Of a DNA stretch of 64,000 nucleotides, positions 1-13,918 are shown one piece after another (the stretch's first letter is position 1; every line of letters begins with the position of its first letter). Under the pieces are notes generated by a model that saw nothing but the letters and a program-made list of their open reading frames with translations, had not been told where the DNA came from and ran no database searches. Both the position numbers and the translations under genes were made by a program. The DNA comes from Mytilus californianus (Eukaryota): assembly GCF_021869535.1 (NCBI RefSeq), contig NW_026262593.1, positions 28,148,001 through 28,212,000 of the forward strand. Reading direction: 5' to 3'.

Positions 1-1859
1 TTTATGTTGTAAACAAAAATATTTTTATCAGTATTCATTGAAGAGATGTATTTATATCAAACGATAAGGAATGTTATTTTGCACTCGTTTATGTGCGCAT
101 ATTTTTCATGTTTATAGATCGGTTACAAACCCAAAACTGATTTACATAATGGAAATCTATGCGATAGCAATACATCGGAATGACCTCAAGGTCATCGCGA
201 TGTAAAAATCAGTTGAAAAAGGCTTAACTCATCAGATCGACACAAAGCAGAAAAACATCAAACATAAACAGTTTAGCAAAGCAGTGAAACATATATTTTT
301 ACATTTCAGTGATCACACTTGCTTGAACTATAACTTTATTTGTATATACTCTTGCACTGAAATCTACTCACTAGTAATTTTCATTCTTCTTATTGGATAT
401 GTAAATTTTCTTAGTTTTATCTTTGATATTACGTTGAAATTAATGTTTGTAAGGATCTGTTCCTACTCCTTTACGTTCGCCTAATGGTCTGCCGAACTGT
501 TCTTTCATTTTGTTGCATCATTTTATTTTTGACACTGTCAATATTGAATCTTATCATATTTTTTTTGTGCAGTAAGGTTTGTTTATTAATGAATAACAGT
601 AAGCTGTGTTTAAAGATTTGTCACTGTCATTCCCAATTTGACGGAAGTAATATAACATAAGGAGATGCGGTATGATTGCAAATGAGACAACTATCTACCA
701 GTGACGGCCAAATGATGTAGATTCGCAGTACGGCCTTTAACAATGAGCAAACCCCATATCGCATAGCAAGCTATGAAATGGCCGCCCCGACAACCACGGA
801 AGTCTTGTTACTCTATTAACACTTTAATGTTGTTCCTATTCTAATGCAATACTATAAAAATGTTCAAAATGAAATAATTGAAATACTACCCAAAACGTCG
901 ACTGCAATTGCTCAAAGTTGTTGCAAATGACTTCACTTGTCAACCGCAGAATTGACGGCAGACTGTCTGGTCGTCAAATCATAATGGCTTTGAAAATTAT
1001 GTTGCAAGAGTAAAAAATAATATGACCAGGGAGAAGATAAAAATATTCTGATTGAGAGAATTTTGTTTTAAATTTAATTTTAAGTTCTTTACAAAATAAA
1101 TAATTCGATGCTTGTGTGTTGATACAAACAAATCAGAATGAACAAAAAAACGTTTAGGATAGTCAGTACAATATTGAAAATCTTCTCAAAAGTAGAATTA
1201 GCTTATGAAAAATATCTTTTTAGACGAGGAATTTGCTTATTGATAAAAGGTATGATCTATAAGTATTACAAATGTTTTAAATGCACAACTGTTTTATACA
1301 AACATGACAGGATGAATGTTGGACATTTCCATAATAGTAAATATGCCTGTACTAAGTCAGGAATATGACAGTTGTTTTCCATTCGTTTGATGTGTTTGAG
1401 CTTTTGATTTTGCCATTTGATTAAAGAATTACCGTTTTGAATTTTCCTTTGAATTCTGTATTTTCTTTTTATTTTAACTTTTTTTATGAGTTGATCAACA
1501 CAATCAGCACCATTGGCATGACTCACGTTGGATGTCAATGGTGGCGCATAAACCATTTGCGAAAGAAATAGCATGATAATATTCTAGATGAATATTAACA
1601 TTGGAAACATAATAGGAACACCAGGAGGTGTAAAAACTCAAACAACACTATTTAACAAAGTAACACTACAGCTCAATATATATAGTCTTCAATGACAGTA
1701 TATACAAGATAAAGAAATTATAAATAAAACATGGACAGGCTGCCAATTGGAAACTGTCTTTGTTGATTATTGTTGAACCTTTCTATGTTGTATTTTTACC
1801 TCTTTTGTATTTTCCCCAAGGGTTGACTGAAGTATAATAATGAACTGCCCTTCAATCAT

Positions 1860-2090
1860 AGGGATGTCCGTTTGACTGTGCGACCGGGATGTATAAATAC
1901 ATACCCTCGTCCGGTCAGAATGGGATCGACCCTCTTGTAGTGAGAGTTTTAAGCTTTCTGCGAATTAAAAACCTCTTGGTGGTAGTCTGGTGCAAGGAAA
2001 AATGTCTGCCCATATCCAACATGCCTATTTTCCAAAGGCAGTCCTAGTCTATCTTTATTCATCCCGGACTATATCAACATGCCGAGCATA
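1860..2090 (+). mobile_element. SINE-like interspersed repeat fragment
   Basis: Shares GGGATGTAT..A and GCAAGGAAAAATGT.TGC..TATCCAACAT.CC blocks with 54440-54690 (same strand) and about 53050-53110 (opposite strand). No coding capacity. Confidence 0.5.
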
Positions 2091-2592
2091 CCTATTGTTT
2101 TTATTATAAGTTGGTTCTCGTCCTGAATATCCATGACATTTTTGCACATTAACTAATATTAAACAAGCAACAATAAATCAACTGCTATTATATTTTCACC
2201 TAAAGAGTACTTTGTAAAAACTACGGAATCTGTGCATAGGTAATGTATAAAGTATGTGTATATATCTCTATCTTTCTTTTGTCAAAAATAAACAAATTAC
2301 AAACATGTTTAAATTCAGTTCGCATTAAAAGAATCTCAGTATATTGTCTCCTGAGTATTTATGTGTATATGTGATAAATTATACCCCCAGTGCTATATAA
2401 GTACTGACTACCGATGCAATACTATTTAATTAGAAGTGTTCATCGGGATTGGTATCGACACATGCTGTAGTAAGGGAACCGCCGTTTATATGTTTTGGGG
2501 AATTCCGACACAAAAGAAAACCGGGGTGTTATAGTATTATTCTTGGGCCACAACTGGTTCTGAACATTTCAATAGCCAGTCAGAATCAGAAG

Positions 2593-2676
2593 TTGTCTCC
2601 TCTCTATTGCACTTATAGACTATTTAGATGATTTTTGTCTCCTCTCTATTGCACTTATAGACTATTTAGATGATTT
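2593..2676. repeat. 42-bp direct tandem duplication
   Basis: TTGTCTCCTCTCTATTGCACTTATAGACTATTTAGATGATTT occurs at 2593 and again at 2635. Confidence 0.9.
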
Positions 2677-3084
2677 AAAGAAATAAATAAATATAAATAT
2701 ATTTCTACAACCGAAGAAAGTACTAGTGTCCCTTCCGAAAATATATCCTGTATTATCCGAACGGAGACGTGTTGTATAAATATCTGTGAAGACCATATGA
2801 TAAAACCTGAAACAAGAAGAAAAATTTTTGCTGAAGCAGCATCAGCTATTGGATAAAATTTACGCCATGAACGTCTTGCAAATGTTTTACTGAATAAGGA
2901 AGAGAAAAATATTAAGTGAAAATTTGGCGTCCAGTTATATTGTTTTGTTTGGTTTAAAAATAATTCTCACACGAAATAGATTTAAAAATGTTGTGAAAAA
3001 CAATAACAGACAGACACAAAAAAGGTTTTTAAGAAGGAGGTAAATTGAAAACTATGTACGAATTAATGCAGAAATATTAGAAGA

Positions 3085-3335
3085 TATTAAAGGACAGTTT
3101 TTGCTAGATGATTGCGAAAAGGCCTTCAACGCGATCGAACGACCTTTTATTTAATACATTTGAATTTTAACGGTTTTCGCCCCACACCACATAGATGGAT
3201 AAATTATTTTATACAAACATAAGTAATGCTATTACAAGTAATGACAATCAGTCAGAGTTTTTTAAGCTAGCAATTGGTGTCCGACAAGGAAATCTTTTAT
3301 CCCCTTATTTCTTCGTCATTTTATTGGAACTTCTA
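3085..3335 (+). pseudogene. Decayed L1/Tx1-like LINE reverse transcriptase fragment
   Basis: Manual translation gives LDDCEKAFNAIE (cf. DFEKAFDSVE), RWIKLFYTNI and GVRQGNLLSPYFF (cf. GVRQGDPLSPYLF), with frameshifts between them. Confidence 0.8.
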
Positions 3336-3439
3336 AGTGCAAAGTAACCGTCTAAGAGTATTTTTTTTTCATATTTGCGGATGACTCCTTCCTGAAACTG
3401 GTTGCAAATTGTATAGATTGATCCAACTATAAAAAAAAG

Positions 3440-4780
3440 TGGCGAAAGATACAAAAGGGACATTCAAAAGTAATAAGTCAAAGAAAACTGACAACGCCTT
3501 AGCAAAAGAAAAGAAGAAGAAGTCCACAAAACACTATACATAGAAAAACTAACTAAATACTAAGCAACACGAACTCACCGAAAGGTTTTTTTCAACTTTA
3601 CCACTCGAAACTATCGGTTCAGTAGCTTCCTTATAAGCAACAACCCTCTATCAAGGAAATCATGATAGGACACGCAAGCTCTAGAATATCGTATCAACTG
3701 AGAGACATATATTCCAAATTCAGACGCTGCTGAAGTGTTGCTAAAAGGAATAAGTTCACAATTTGGAAGCTGAAATCACCACCTTTGTCGTAAAAGTTTA
3801 GTCACAACTGACCCTCATTGTCAATTTCTAGATAAGATATGAGGCAGACTTAACTGTATCTGTTGTATCCTTTATTTTAAGTTCGATGGGATAGATGCGT
3901 TCAACATAATCACCAACCTTTAAAATATTTAGTAAGAGGACATTATATTTATGGCGGAACGTGAAGTTAAAGGATAATGCTATTTTCTATTCATTCTTTC
4001 TGAGAAGCTCCTGAATTAAGTCTGTCTCATATGAATAAAGGAACAAGACGACAAGAAGACAATAAGTTCCTATAGGAATGCCAATTGTTTTGTTAAACAT
4101 GTCCTCCAGACAAAACATGTCAATAAAAAAATCAGACCTCTTGAGGATGTCAGTTTCAGTAAATTTTCCATTTGAATCAGAGGTATTTCACAGAGTATAA
4201 TGTATCCCTTCCTAAAACAATGTATTTTTATCTATGTTGGCAATCCTTTTTTCTTATTAAACACAGCAGGACTATTTTATTGATTCGGTTTTTAAGTTTA
4301 GCATTTGTTATACTAGTGTAAAGGTATGAGATGTCAAATGTTTTTTATAAGTTTTTGCAAGAGGAAAGGGGCGTAGACTGAATGAACTCTGAAAGATCTT
4401 TCGCATTTTTAGTATCCACATCTGATTCACACCGCGCGCCGCCTCTATAGTAGGTATAGTTATCAGTATCTCCGAAGTCTGATTATGATTGCTGATAAAA
4501 TTGATGTTGATAGTTTGGAAAGAAATTTCGTGGAAATCTTGGTAGACCCAGCTATTTATGTGTAACATTGTTTGTAAGGAAACTTATGTTAATTTTGGTA
4601 TCCAGTACAGTGAAGGAAGATCAAGTTCTTTATTTTTGGTTGAAATTCAAAAGTAACATAGAATAGACCTATGGTTGTTCGTGATTTCCTCTTAGATAAT
4701 ATTTAATAAGCAAATGGCCCGTTTGTATATTGTTGAATCAACAAAACTGACATATGAATCTTTGTTGTTACAAAAAGTAT
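3440..4780 (-). mobile_element. Decayed Penelope-like element (RT pseudo-ORF plus 3' terminal repeat)
   Basis: Minus-strand motifs in the expected order: ELDLPSLYWIPKL, GVNQMWILK, TIGIPIGT, FNFTFR, RIYPIELKIKDTTDT, FGIYVSQLIRYSRACVSYHD. These are followed by the AAACTGACAACGCC repeat family (3440-3600). Many stops and frameshifts. Confidence 0.85.
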
Positions 4781-5495
4781 TATAACTTAATCAAACACTT
4801 GCAATTAAAGCTTAAAGACGGATGATTTTTTTTAAACCACAATCAGAGTTAAATAATACGACAAAAATCGTAATGTAAAATAGTATACGTAACATATTAT
4901 TGGTTAAACCAGCAGCATAAACAGTCCTTAACGTAATAACCTAAATCATGAACAGGTCTCCTCAGCAGAACCATGCAAAATAACAACAAACCTATTCTGA
5001 TCAACCAATAACATTAACGAACCAACTAAATTTTTTATAAAGCCAACTATTTAAACATAATGTACTGTCGTTAAAACACAAATCAGGATTTGAAACTGAA
5101 TAAAAAATTTCAAAAATGATCAGAGTCGCTTTTCCCTTCCTTATTTGTTTTTTATTGGAAAAGGTATTATTTGGTTCAAAGTTTTACCAGGAAGATCAGA
5201 CACCTACAATTGACACCAAACTTATCAGGATATGCCATCGATGAAAACAAAGAAATGTATTTTCTTCATCTATGTTTGATGTAGAATGTATGCCAAGGCC
5301 GACTATCGGTGCCTTGAATTAGAGAATTATCTTGTGTTTTTATTCTTTCATTGGTTATGACTTAAAAAAAAACAACTTTAAATTCTCAAACTCAGTGCTT
5401 TTAAGTTTTATCTGCAAACATTGTAGTTGTTTAGCAATAACATTTCCACTTTGAAGTGTGAATCTAATAATTATGAAATGATGCTTTCATACTCT

Positions 5496-5903
5496 TTAAG
5501 GATGTACTTAGGTGATCTAAGGTAAAATTAAATAAATCAAGAATTCAAAATTGATACTTTAAGCTGGAAGAGTATTAGTTAAGGATCAAAATAAGCTAAA
5601 AATATTGATAGGTCATGGAGTTCCTTTTCGAGATATTTGATTTATAAAATATGGCGGTAAAAGGCTGACTCGGACTTTTACCTTATATTTGCATTGGTAT
5701 TATTTTGGTCTCAAATCAAAAGAAAGAAAATCAAGAATCTGCTTAAATTTTGTCAAATGACCATTTATGAGCTATTAAGTCTTATGTTAAAAGATAAATA
5801 GGTGTTATGGGGCAAAATATTTTACCTTGTATCGTATGGAAAAACACTGAGGAGTCCGAACATTTGACACTTATTCCAAAACCTCACCTAAGTACATCCT
5901 TAA
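5496..5903. mobile_element. Kolobok-like MITE (TTAA TSD)
   Basis: TTAA-GGATGTACTTAGGTGA at 5496 and its perfect reverse complement TCACCTAAGTACATCC-TTAA ending at 5903. TTAA with purine-purine termini fits Kolobok better than piggyBac (CCY termini). Confidence 0.8.
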
Positions 5904-6134
5904 TGTAGGCCACTGTACTTATGATTTTTTTGCAACGTTATAAATAGTGTTCAAAAATTACTATGACAGAATCGAATAAGTAAGTGAAAAAATACAAATT
6001 ATATCAAATAGGGAATGAAAAACAAGTTTGAATTGTATTTCAAAGTGTTGAAAAGCAGATCAAATTTTATCCTTAAACTACAAGACGTAAATTATTATAC
6101 AACAATGTTATAAGTTTAACATTTTCTATAAGCT

Positions 6135-6320
6135 TAAAATTGAGAATGGAAATGGGGAATGTGTCAAAGAGACAACAACCCGACCACAGAACAGACAACA
6201 GCAGAAGGCCACCAACAGGTCTTCAATGCAGCGAGAAATTCCCGCACCCGGAGGCGTCCTTCAGCTGGCCCCTAAACAAATATATATACTAGTTCAGTGA
6301 TAATGAACGCCATACTAAAC
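6135..6320 (+). repeat. Abundant interspersed repeat (AAAATTGAGAATGGAAATGGGGAATGTGTCAAAGAGACAACAACCCGACC family)
   Basis: Inverted copies at 18875-19156 and 24910-24967. I recognise this as a very common mussel repeat; its class is not determined from the sequence. Confidence 0.8.
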
Positions 6321-8844
6321 TATTTACAGAAATACCCAAAGTCTTCAGCAGTTTTGCTTTGATAAAAACACTATCTGTAATTTATTAGTATACGATTTTT
6401 CATTATTACTTTTTTTTAATTCTTATAAGTGGAATAATAGTTTATAATAATTCTGCGGATTTGTGCTCTGATGTAAGTATATAAGGCGTGTTCATTCAGA
6501 AATATTTTTTTTCTAAAAATTGAAAAAAATCAAATTGAATCATTATTATGGTGTGCCATTTCAAAGCCTATACAAGGCTCGGTTTACACAACCTACATTA
6601 AGCATTTCCTGAAAAAATAAGACTGCGATCAAACAAACCCTACAGCTTATGTACAGAGGAAAATCTACATACGGAAAATTTCAAGGAATTAACTCCTATC
6701 CCTAAAGCGTGACCAGTGCAAAGTACAACTTGTACAAGGAGGATATCAACTTTTCCAGATAGGCTAAGATGAAGCTTTCTTAATTCTTCGATTTACTTTC
6801 TTTAGATTTTCAAACTTTTTCGGGTTTTTTTTTCACTCCTAAGTTCTGTGTCATTGACTCAGATGTATTTTGAGATTGCAGGATACAATTTACCAAATAC
6901 TTTCACCTTGTATTCGCTAAAACATGTGTAACAAATATAAATATTTTACCGCATTTGGCTTCATGAAAAACAGTCAAAGGGGAAAAGACAAGGCTTGGAA
7001 ATTAAAAACGGTTTCCTTAGTAGATATATAGCGTAAAATAGAATTTCTGAGGTTAAATTTACCGCCTGAGGGATTTTAAATCTTAGCTATTTGTAATTGA
7101 GAATTCATTGTATAATTCGTGTCAAATGCCAAAATATTGACCACTAGCCGGATGATATCCTTCAAAAACTCCTCCCTTCATCACACATGCACACAATGCA
7201 CCTATATCGACTTTTATAGAAAAGTAAATTAGAGTTAAATGTATCGAATTTGCTGCTTTGCTAAGCATTTTTGTAACATGTCAAATTATATATATGTTCC
7301 TGTAAATTGATACATAAAATGTTTATTTCAAACAATATATGTACCTTTAAAAAAATCAACCAAAGATTTAAATTTCTTGAACTAGATGAAAATAGTTCAA
7401 TATGCTTTAAACATTTTTCTAACTGTACAACACACGAAGAATATGATGTCATAAGTAGACATTCGTGCGAACAAGTCAAGATGATAGTGTGTGATAAATA
7501 AAAGCGAGGGATTATAATTTTTTTTGAGTTTGAATTACGGGAATACCAAATCATAAACTTGGTCTCTTTGATGAGTTTTGACAGGTGGTACTGAATTCCT
7601 CGGGTACACTCGATACAAACTATCGGATACATTTTTTTAAAGCAGTATATACACGAAGGCAATACATGCAATTCTTGGCCAATTCTATTGTTTCGGTCAG
7701 ATACAATTATACTTATCAAGTCGTAGGATGTCTTTTTCTTATTTGCAGGGGGTGATGTATTTATAACAAAAATCCTTGTTAACTTAGTTAACAATATATT
7801 TTATATACCCCAACTGTTATATAGTTGCTCTTTTTCTTGAACTTTGTAACATTGATTTAAGGGGAAAAATCTACTAAATTTCATATTATATTCCTCGAGT
7901 TGTTTTTCTTCATTATAAATAGTCGGTTACTAATCTTTTTGGTATCAAAAATATGCAAATGAATCCCAAGGTTTGATAAATGATCACTTTGTGTCTAAAT
8001 TTACAAACAGCTTTGCTGACTGTGTTCATTTTCAATCTTATACATTCCTTTCTTTGTAGTCATTTCCTGTGCAAGTACATTGTTTGCATTCTTTTCATAA
8101 AACGCTTACGCTGCAAAATATAATCCATACAATTTTGATATTTATGCATACAACCCTTTATTTATTGTATTTAATGACTTCAAAATCATCTAACATTTGT
8201 CAGATGTCTTTTCAAAACCAGTTGCCCTTGTCTGTAATAAGTAGCAGAGTCATTTCCGGTCTAGAGCGCTAATGGTGGCCATGTTTACATTTTACCTCGA
8301 TATCGGCGGGTTTCCATCAATATGAATTATAAATTTATCTTTGCGGTTTGCAGCAGATAAACAAGCTGATTTTTGTCTATTATATATTCTGTGCCATCAC
8401 GTGCACTTTTTGATCCTATGATCTTTTGATTTCACCGGGACATCGCGTACTATTACAAGAGGAGGATCGAAAACTTATTTGAAGAAAAAAACGTGATGAA
8501 CATCGACATCTGACAGTCATAAATTAAGAAATTGATGAATAATATATTTACATTCTGGAACAAAGTAAGCCCTTAAACAGATTGGTATATCTTTATTGGC
8601 AGAAAATTGCGGTTAACTTGGAAGAACTCCAAGTGACCGAATTTCAGCAAAGTTCAATAAGTTACGTACTTTTAAAGTAAAGAAAAATATTCGTTTTGCC
8701 ATAATTAGGTCTTCTGTTTTCCATAGAGAAAATTGCTAATAAAGATTAAAAAAAAAACAATTAGTTCAAGTAAACAAATCTGTGAAATTCTTATAATGCT
8801 AAATAATTCATTTTTTTTCTTCTGAAAAAGAATAAAAATGAAAA

Positions 8845-9170
8845 AAATCATCAAATCCATAACAAATTAACCATAGGGTGAGCCAAACCACAGGGAAAAC
8901 ATTATACAAAGGGGTTTACTTAGGTGCATTTATTTCAATGATTTCGGATCTTATAATATTCAAAAAATACTGACAATCATTAGGTGAAGTAAAAAATCTG
9001 TGATTTTATTATGATTTTTAATAAAAAAAATTTAAACAAATAAAAAATCAAATTCATAAAAAAAATTAACCATAGGGTGAGCCAAACCACAGGGAAAACA
9101 TTATACAAAGGAGTTTATTCCGGTGCGTTTATTTCAATGATTTCAAATATTACAATAACAAAAATACTTA
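8845..9170. repeat. About 199-bp tandem duplication
   Basis: CCATAGGGTGAGCCAAACCACAGGGAAAACATTATACAAAGG occurs at 8871 and 9070, and the flanks also align. Confidence 0.85.
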
Positions 9171-11790
9171 TAATAATAAAAACAGATTATATATATCCAA
9201 CTTACATCCAGACCTATCCTTTCCCTTAACCACAACTTTAAAGATGTGTAGAAAAGAAATGATTCATTCACTGTAAATAAATCTGTAGGAACAATTGATT
9301 TTCTTATTTTTCTAATATATAAAATGAGGTTTACATCTGGATTTTTTGTTTGTAATCATGGAAATAATTATTCAGTTACAAATTATAAGGGGAGTATACA
9401 TAATGATATTTATTTATTTCCATTGTAAAATATATTCTAATTCGTGAAGTCTTTATTCCGTAATACCTGCTTCATTATATTTTTGGATACACTATAATAA
9501 CCTAAGTTTGTATGTTTCATAATGGAGATTTTCCGCTTTTCTACTCTATAGGGAAGATTTTTATAATTTTCTTTCTTTTGTAAACTTATTTTGATTGGTT
9601 AATTTGTTTTGTCTTGTTGTCTTTTTCATTTCATTTCGAATATACTATGTATCAACCTAAGCTTAAGTCAGGTTAAAAACAACTAATCTATTTTTTTTCA
9701 AACGAAAAGAAAAACAAAAACAAGCAACCGAAGGTATTCTCTCATTTTTACCAACCGTGTTTCAGTTGAACAAAATCCTTTTGTTGTGTTTCAATCAGAA
9801 AGAATTTGGTTTTTTTTAAGTCTTCATTTTTTTTTATTTCTTTCTAAACCCACATTATTTCAGGCAACATTCTTGCAAATAATTTACGTTTTGCTGAAAA
9901 TATTTACAAAAAAATGCATTTTACTTATTTTACTCAAAATAAAGGTGAAAATAACGCACAAAAAGGTTTTTTTTTCTGTAAATGCATGTATTTATTTATT
10001 TATTAATTTATTAATTAATTTATTTATTTATTTATTTATATTATTTCAATTTTTCAATTTTATTTATTTTGTTTGTTTTTATTTATTAAATTGTTCATTT
10101 TTATTACTCTATTTATCTTATTTATGTTGCTATATACTTCCGTTCTGGAAGTTATGTCATCTCTTATTGTTCATGTTAAACACAATATGAACGAAAGAGT
10201 TTATCAATTACTCGATCAATTACTAAAATCAGATACCGATGCAATTTGTTTTATCAAATGTTTAAGCAGAATAAAAAATAGCAAACACTTTTATTATTCC
10301 CAATCGAATCTCAAATATGTGTAATGAATATATTAGAACTCTCGAAGGCCGAATAAATCGCGTCTTGATTAAAATGATTTTATTGTCAATTTATGATATT
10401 TTATTACTTTATTCATTAGTAAAATGTGCCTCTCACAATTTTTGATAGATTCACAAATATTTTGTTGCTAAATATGTGCACGGTTCTTTATTTATGCCAT
10501 TCTAAATACTGCTCATACAAATATTTGTTAATGTTTTTCTTAATTTCCTTAGGGAATTTTCCAATATGCCAAACCTATGTATTTGTTTTTTTTTTAATAC
10601 ATAATGAAATATGTATAATTTCTTTACAAAGTGAGCACAGTTTAATTTTCTGTATTGAAGTAATAATCATTATTTATGTTAATATTGAAATTGGAGGCAT
10701 AATTAATTTCTTCTGATATTGAATTATCTCTTGATAAGTATGTCTTTAGAAACGATCATCTCCTCTTTTTTCAAAAGTATATATATAGCGGTATAAACTT
10801 TTGATACAAAAGTATGGCTACTAAACGGACGTGCAGTATCGGAAATAAAATAAATAATGCTTTACGCATAAAAAAAAGTATTTAAGTGTCGGAATGAAAA
10901 CATAATTGAATTTTGTTTGATTAATTTATTGTTATAATCAAAATTATTGGAATTGAGAATATGTCTTTGTTTCATTGAAATTCTTTCTCACAATGCACAC
11001 TGTAAGAGCTTGATTTCATTTATGTACTAATGTTTTTAGCAATTTTTTTTTAAACTTTGAATTTTGAAACAACTTTCAGAAATTTACCTTTATCTTTGAT
11101 GAGTTTTTTTTCTTTCAAAATATCAAATAAGAGGTTTCTATATGCTGTTTCAAAACCTTCAAAGTCCGGAAAATAAGGCGCTTACCATTCATGTTTTAGA
11201 GCATCGGTGTTACTTTTTCGGGACATACAATTTTAAGCTTCAATATAAAACAAGCTATTTTTTCAATTACATACAGGAACGAGATTAGTTTTAATCAGTG
11301 TTTTTTTTATCCAAAGAATTTAGAATCTAGAATCAAACAATTTACTTAGAAATATACTTTTATCAAAAGATGAATGTTCGGTGCGTTAGTGAGCTCTGTT
11401 AATTTTGTGTACACACTATTTACATTTAGTACTAACTTTTAACTAAAATCTCAACTTTGAATTTACTTTTACTTGATTGTTTTCTTTTTTACTTCTGTTT
11501 CAAGTCTTTGTATGTGCTTCTTTCTGATGCGTTTCCAATCCACGGCTGAAAATCGATCAGGAAAATTTGACCGAAATTTGCTGTTATGCTTAAGCCCTTT
11601 TGGTATTTAAGCTATCACACTTTTAATATTTTTGTCATGAGCGAACGTACCCTATGAAGGTTATTTCAAAAACACACATCGTGGGCACGAAAATTAAATC
11701 ATTTTTTTATTTGTATGTGTGTTTGTTTAATATGTTTTGTTCATCTAAAAATTATTTGTATTTGATTTGGTATTCTATCTGTTGATTTGA

Positions 11791-11820
11791 GCGCCACTGA
11801 TGAGTCTTATTTAGACAAAA
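11791..11820 (+). ncRNA. Degenerate hammerhead ribozyme (family A)
   Basis: CTGATGA-GTC-TTATTTA-GAC at 11797. GAAA is mutated to AAAA and stem III is deleted. Confidence 0.6.
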
Positions 11821-12262
11821 TCATAAGCCTTGTATCTTTGTTCGTTTTTAAAACGAATGGGTCGATGCTAATACTAGTGGATATTCGTACCCGAGGGAAA
11901 CACCAGCGCAGTAGACAGCAATTTTGTGTCGACATGAAATATCATTATGTGTTTATTTTCTGTAAATTTATTGTTAATGAAACGTGAAAGTTTTCGACAC
12001 ACTAAGGTGTTAATTTCTACCCAGGCTTAGATTGCCTTAGCCATATATATTTGGCACAACTTTTCGGAATGTTTGTTTTCTTTTATACTCTTCATTTTCG
12101 TTTTTGATTTGGTCTTCTATATGTTTTGAGTAGAGATCTTATGTAAATGAAACGTCTGGCTCACCAAGTTATAAGCCTCGTATCTTTGATGAGTTTTTCC
12201 ATATTTTAATCTTTATTTTGTTTGAAGCAATAACGAGAACCATTAACGATACAAATTTTTAC

Positions 12263-12308
12263 TGCACCAGATGTGCATTTCAACAATAAATGTTTCCTCA
12301 GTGATGTT
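12263..12308 (-). ncRNA. Minimal type I hammerhead ribozyme, intact core (family B)
   Basis: Minus strand reads ACATCA CTGAGGA AAC-ATTTATT-GTT GAAA T-GCAC-ATC/TGGTG. It has the CUGANGA and GAAA boxes, a 3-bp stem II, an AUC cleavage triplet and a 5-bp stem I. Confidence 0.75.
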
Positions 12309-13801
12309 CGAGGCCAAACGTAAGACGCTTACAATTCATATTTTGTTGGAGCATCGGTGTAATTTTTCCGGACAAACAATATTGAGCTTGAACAAAAAAC
12401 AAGCTATTTTTTCAATAGCATACAAGAACGAGATTATTTTTAATCAATGTTGTTTTTTTTCAATATATTTAGAATCAAACAATCTACTTCAAAACTATAC
12501 TTCTACAAAATATGAATGTTCGGTGCCTTAGTGAATTAAATCGATGGTGTGTAAACAACATTCACATTTAGTACTAAATTTTACCTAAAATTTCAACTTT
12601 GAATTACATACTTTTATTTGAATTTTCTTTTTACTTCTTTTTTCAAGTCTCTATATGTCCGTCTGTCAGATACATTTTCTCTGTGCATTACCAGGCTGAA
12701 AATTGACCTGGAAAAGTTGCCTAAGACTGGTTTCTGTTTAGACCCTTTGGTGTTTATGCTTTCAAACGTTTATATTTTTGCCAGGAGCGAGCTACACGAT
12801 GAAGGTTATTCCAAACACATACGTTGTGCACACTGTAATCAAATCATTTTTTAAATTTTAATCTGTGTTTGTTTAATATGTTTTGTTCATCTAGAAATTC
12901 AAAGACAAAAAAAATCAGATTATTAAACGCTGTCTATAATATTAACGATACCAATTTTACTGCACCAGATGCGCATTTCGACTGGAAAATTATTTTACCT
13001 CGCATTTTTACAAATAATTTTACAATAATGAAATATACTTAACTACCCTTAAATAAACAGTTTTTCATAGTCTTTAAATGTATTAAAAAGTATGAAATTG
13101 TTTCAAAATATATATTCGTCACATTTCAAACAAACACAAAGTCTCTACAGCACAAGAAAAATGATTTTATTAAAATCATTCATGTAAACTTTGGGTTGTG
13201 CACAAAAAAGGTTAAATTGTATAATTATCCTTTTCATGATAAACACATCGTGGATATGTATAGCTCTCAATAGCAAACATTCAGAAACCAAGCTGCTAGA
13301 ATACATTTTTCATATGAAAAATTAAAAGAATTACCAGTATCGCAGTACTACACTCTATAGTTATAATTGACTTTTAATTGTACTTTACAAAAACTTACAG
13401 TTTTACATCTTTATTCTTATATCTTAGACCCAATCTTTTTCTGGGACAAAGGGACTGACCAGTGACGACTATGTTTAAAAAAAACTCCGAAGAGTCAGAA
13501 ATTTTGCGTTGACATGAAATATAATTGATATGTTGATTTTCTTTAAATTTCTGTTGATGAAATGTTGAATTATTCGAAACAATAAGGTTTTTGTTTTTGC
13601 TAGCCTTACATTGCATTACTCGCATTCGGAACAACTTTCTGATGTTTTCTGTTTTTTTTATTCTTTTCAACTTCGTACTTACTTTTGTCTTCTAACTGTT
13701 GATTTGAGTGCCACTGGTGAGGCTTATTTAGACCAAGTTATATGTCTGGTATTTTTTTATGAGTTTTTACCACGACTGAGTCGATGCAACTGTTGGTGGA
13801 C

Positions 13802-13918
13802 ATTCGTCCTCGAGGGTAACATCAGCCCAATAGTCAGAACGTTCGTTTTCGAGGGCAACATCTGCCAAATAGCCAGAACGTTCGTCCCCAAGGGTAACAT
13901 CAGCCCAATAGTCAGAAC
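13802..13918 (+). repeat. 39-bp x3 tandem repeat inside a family A monomer
   Basis: GTTCGTCCCCGAGGGTAACATCAGCCCAATAGTCAGAAC-like units at 13802, 13841 and 13880. Duplicated at 16485-16602. Confidence 0.9.

Noticed and set aside
7261-7794. 177-aa minus-strand ORF
   Set aside because: No recognisable motifs, composition typical of AT-rich non-coding DNA, and it overlaps a retrozyme-family remnant near 7555-7590.
9786-10190. Hydrophobic 134-aa ORF resembling a membrane protein
   Set aside because: Arises from T-rich and (ATTT)n low-complexity sequence.
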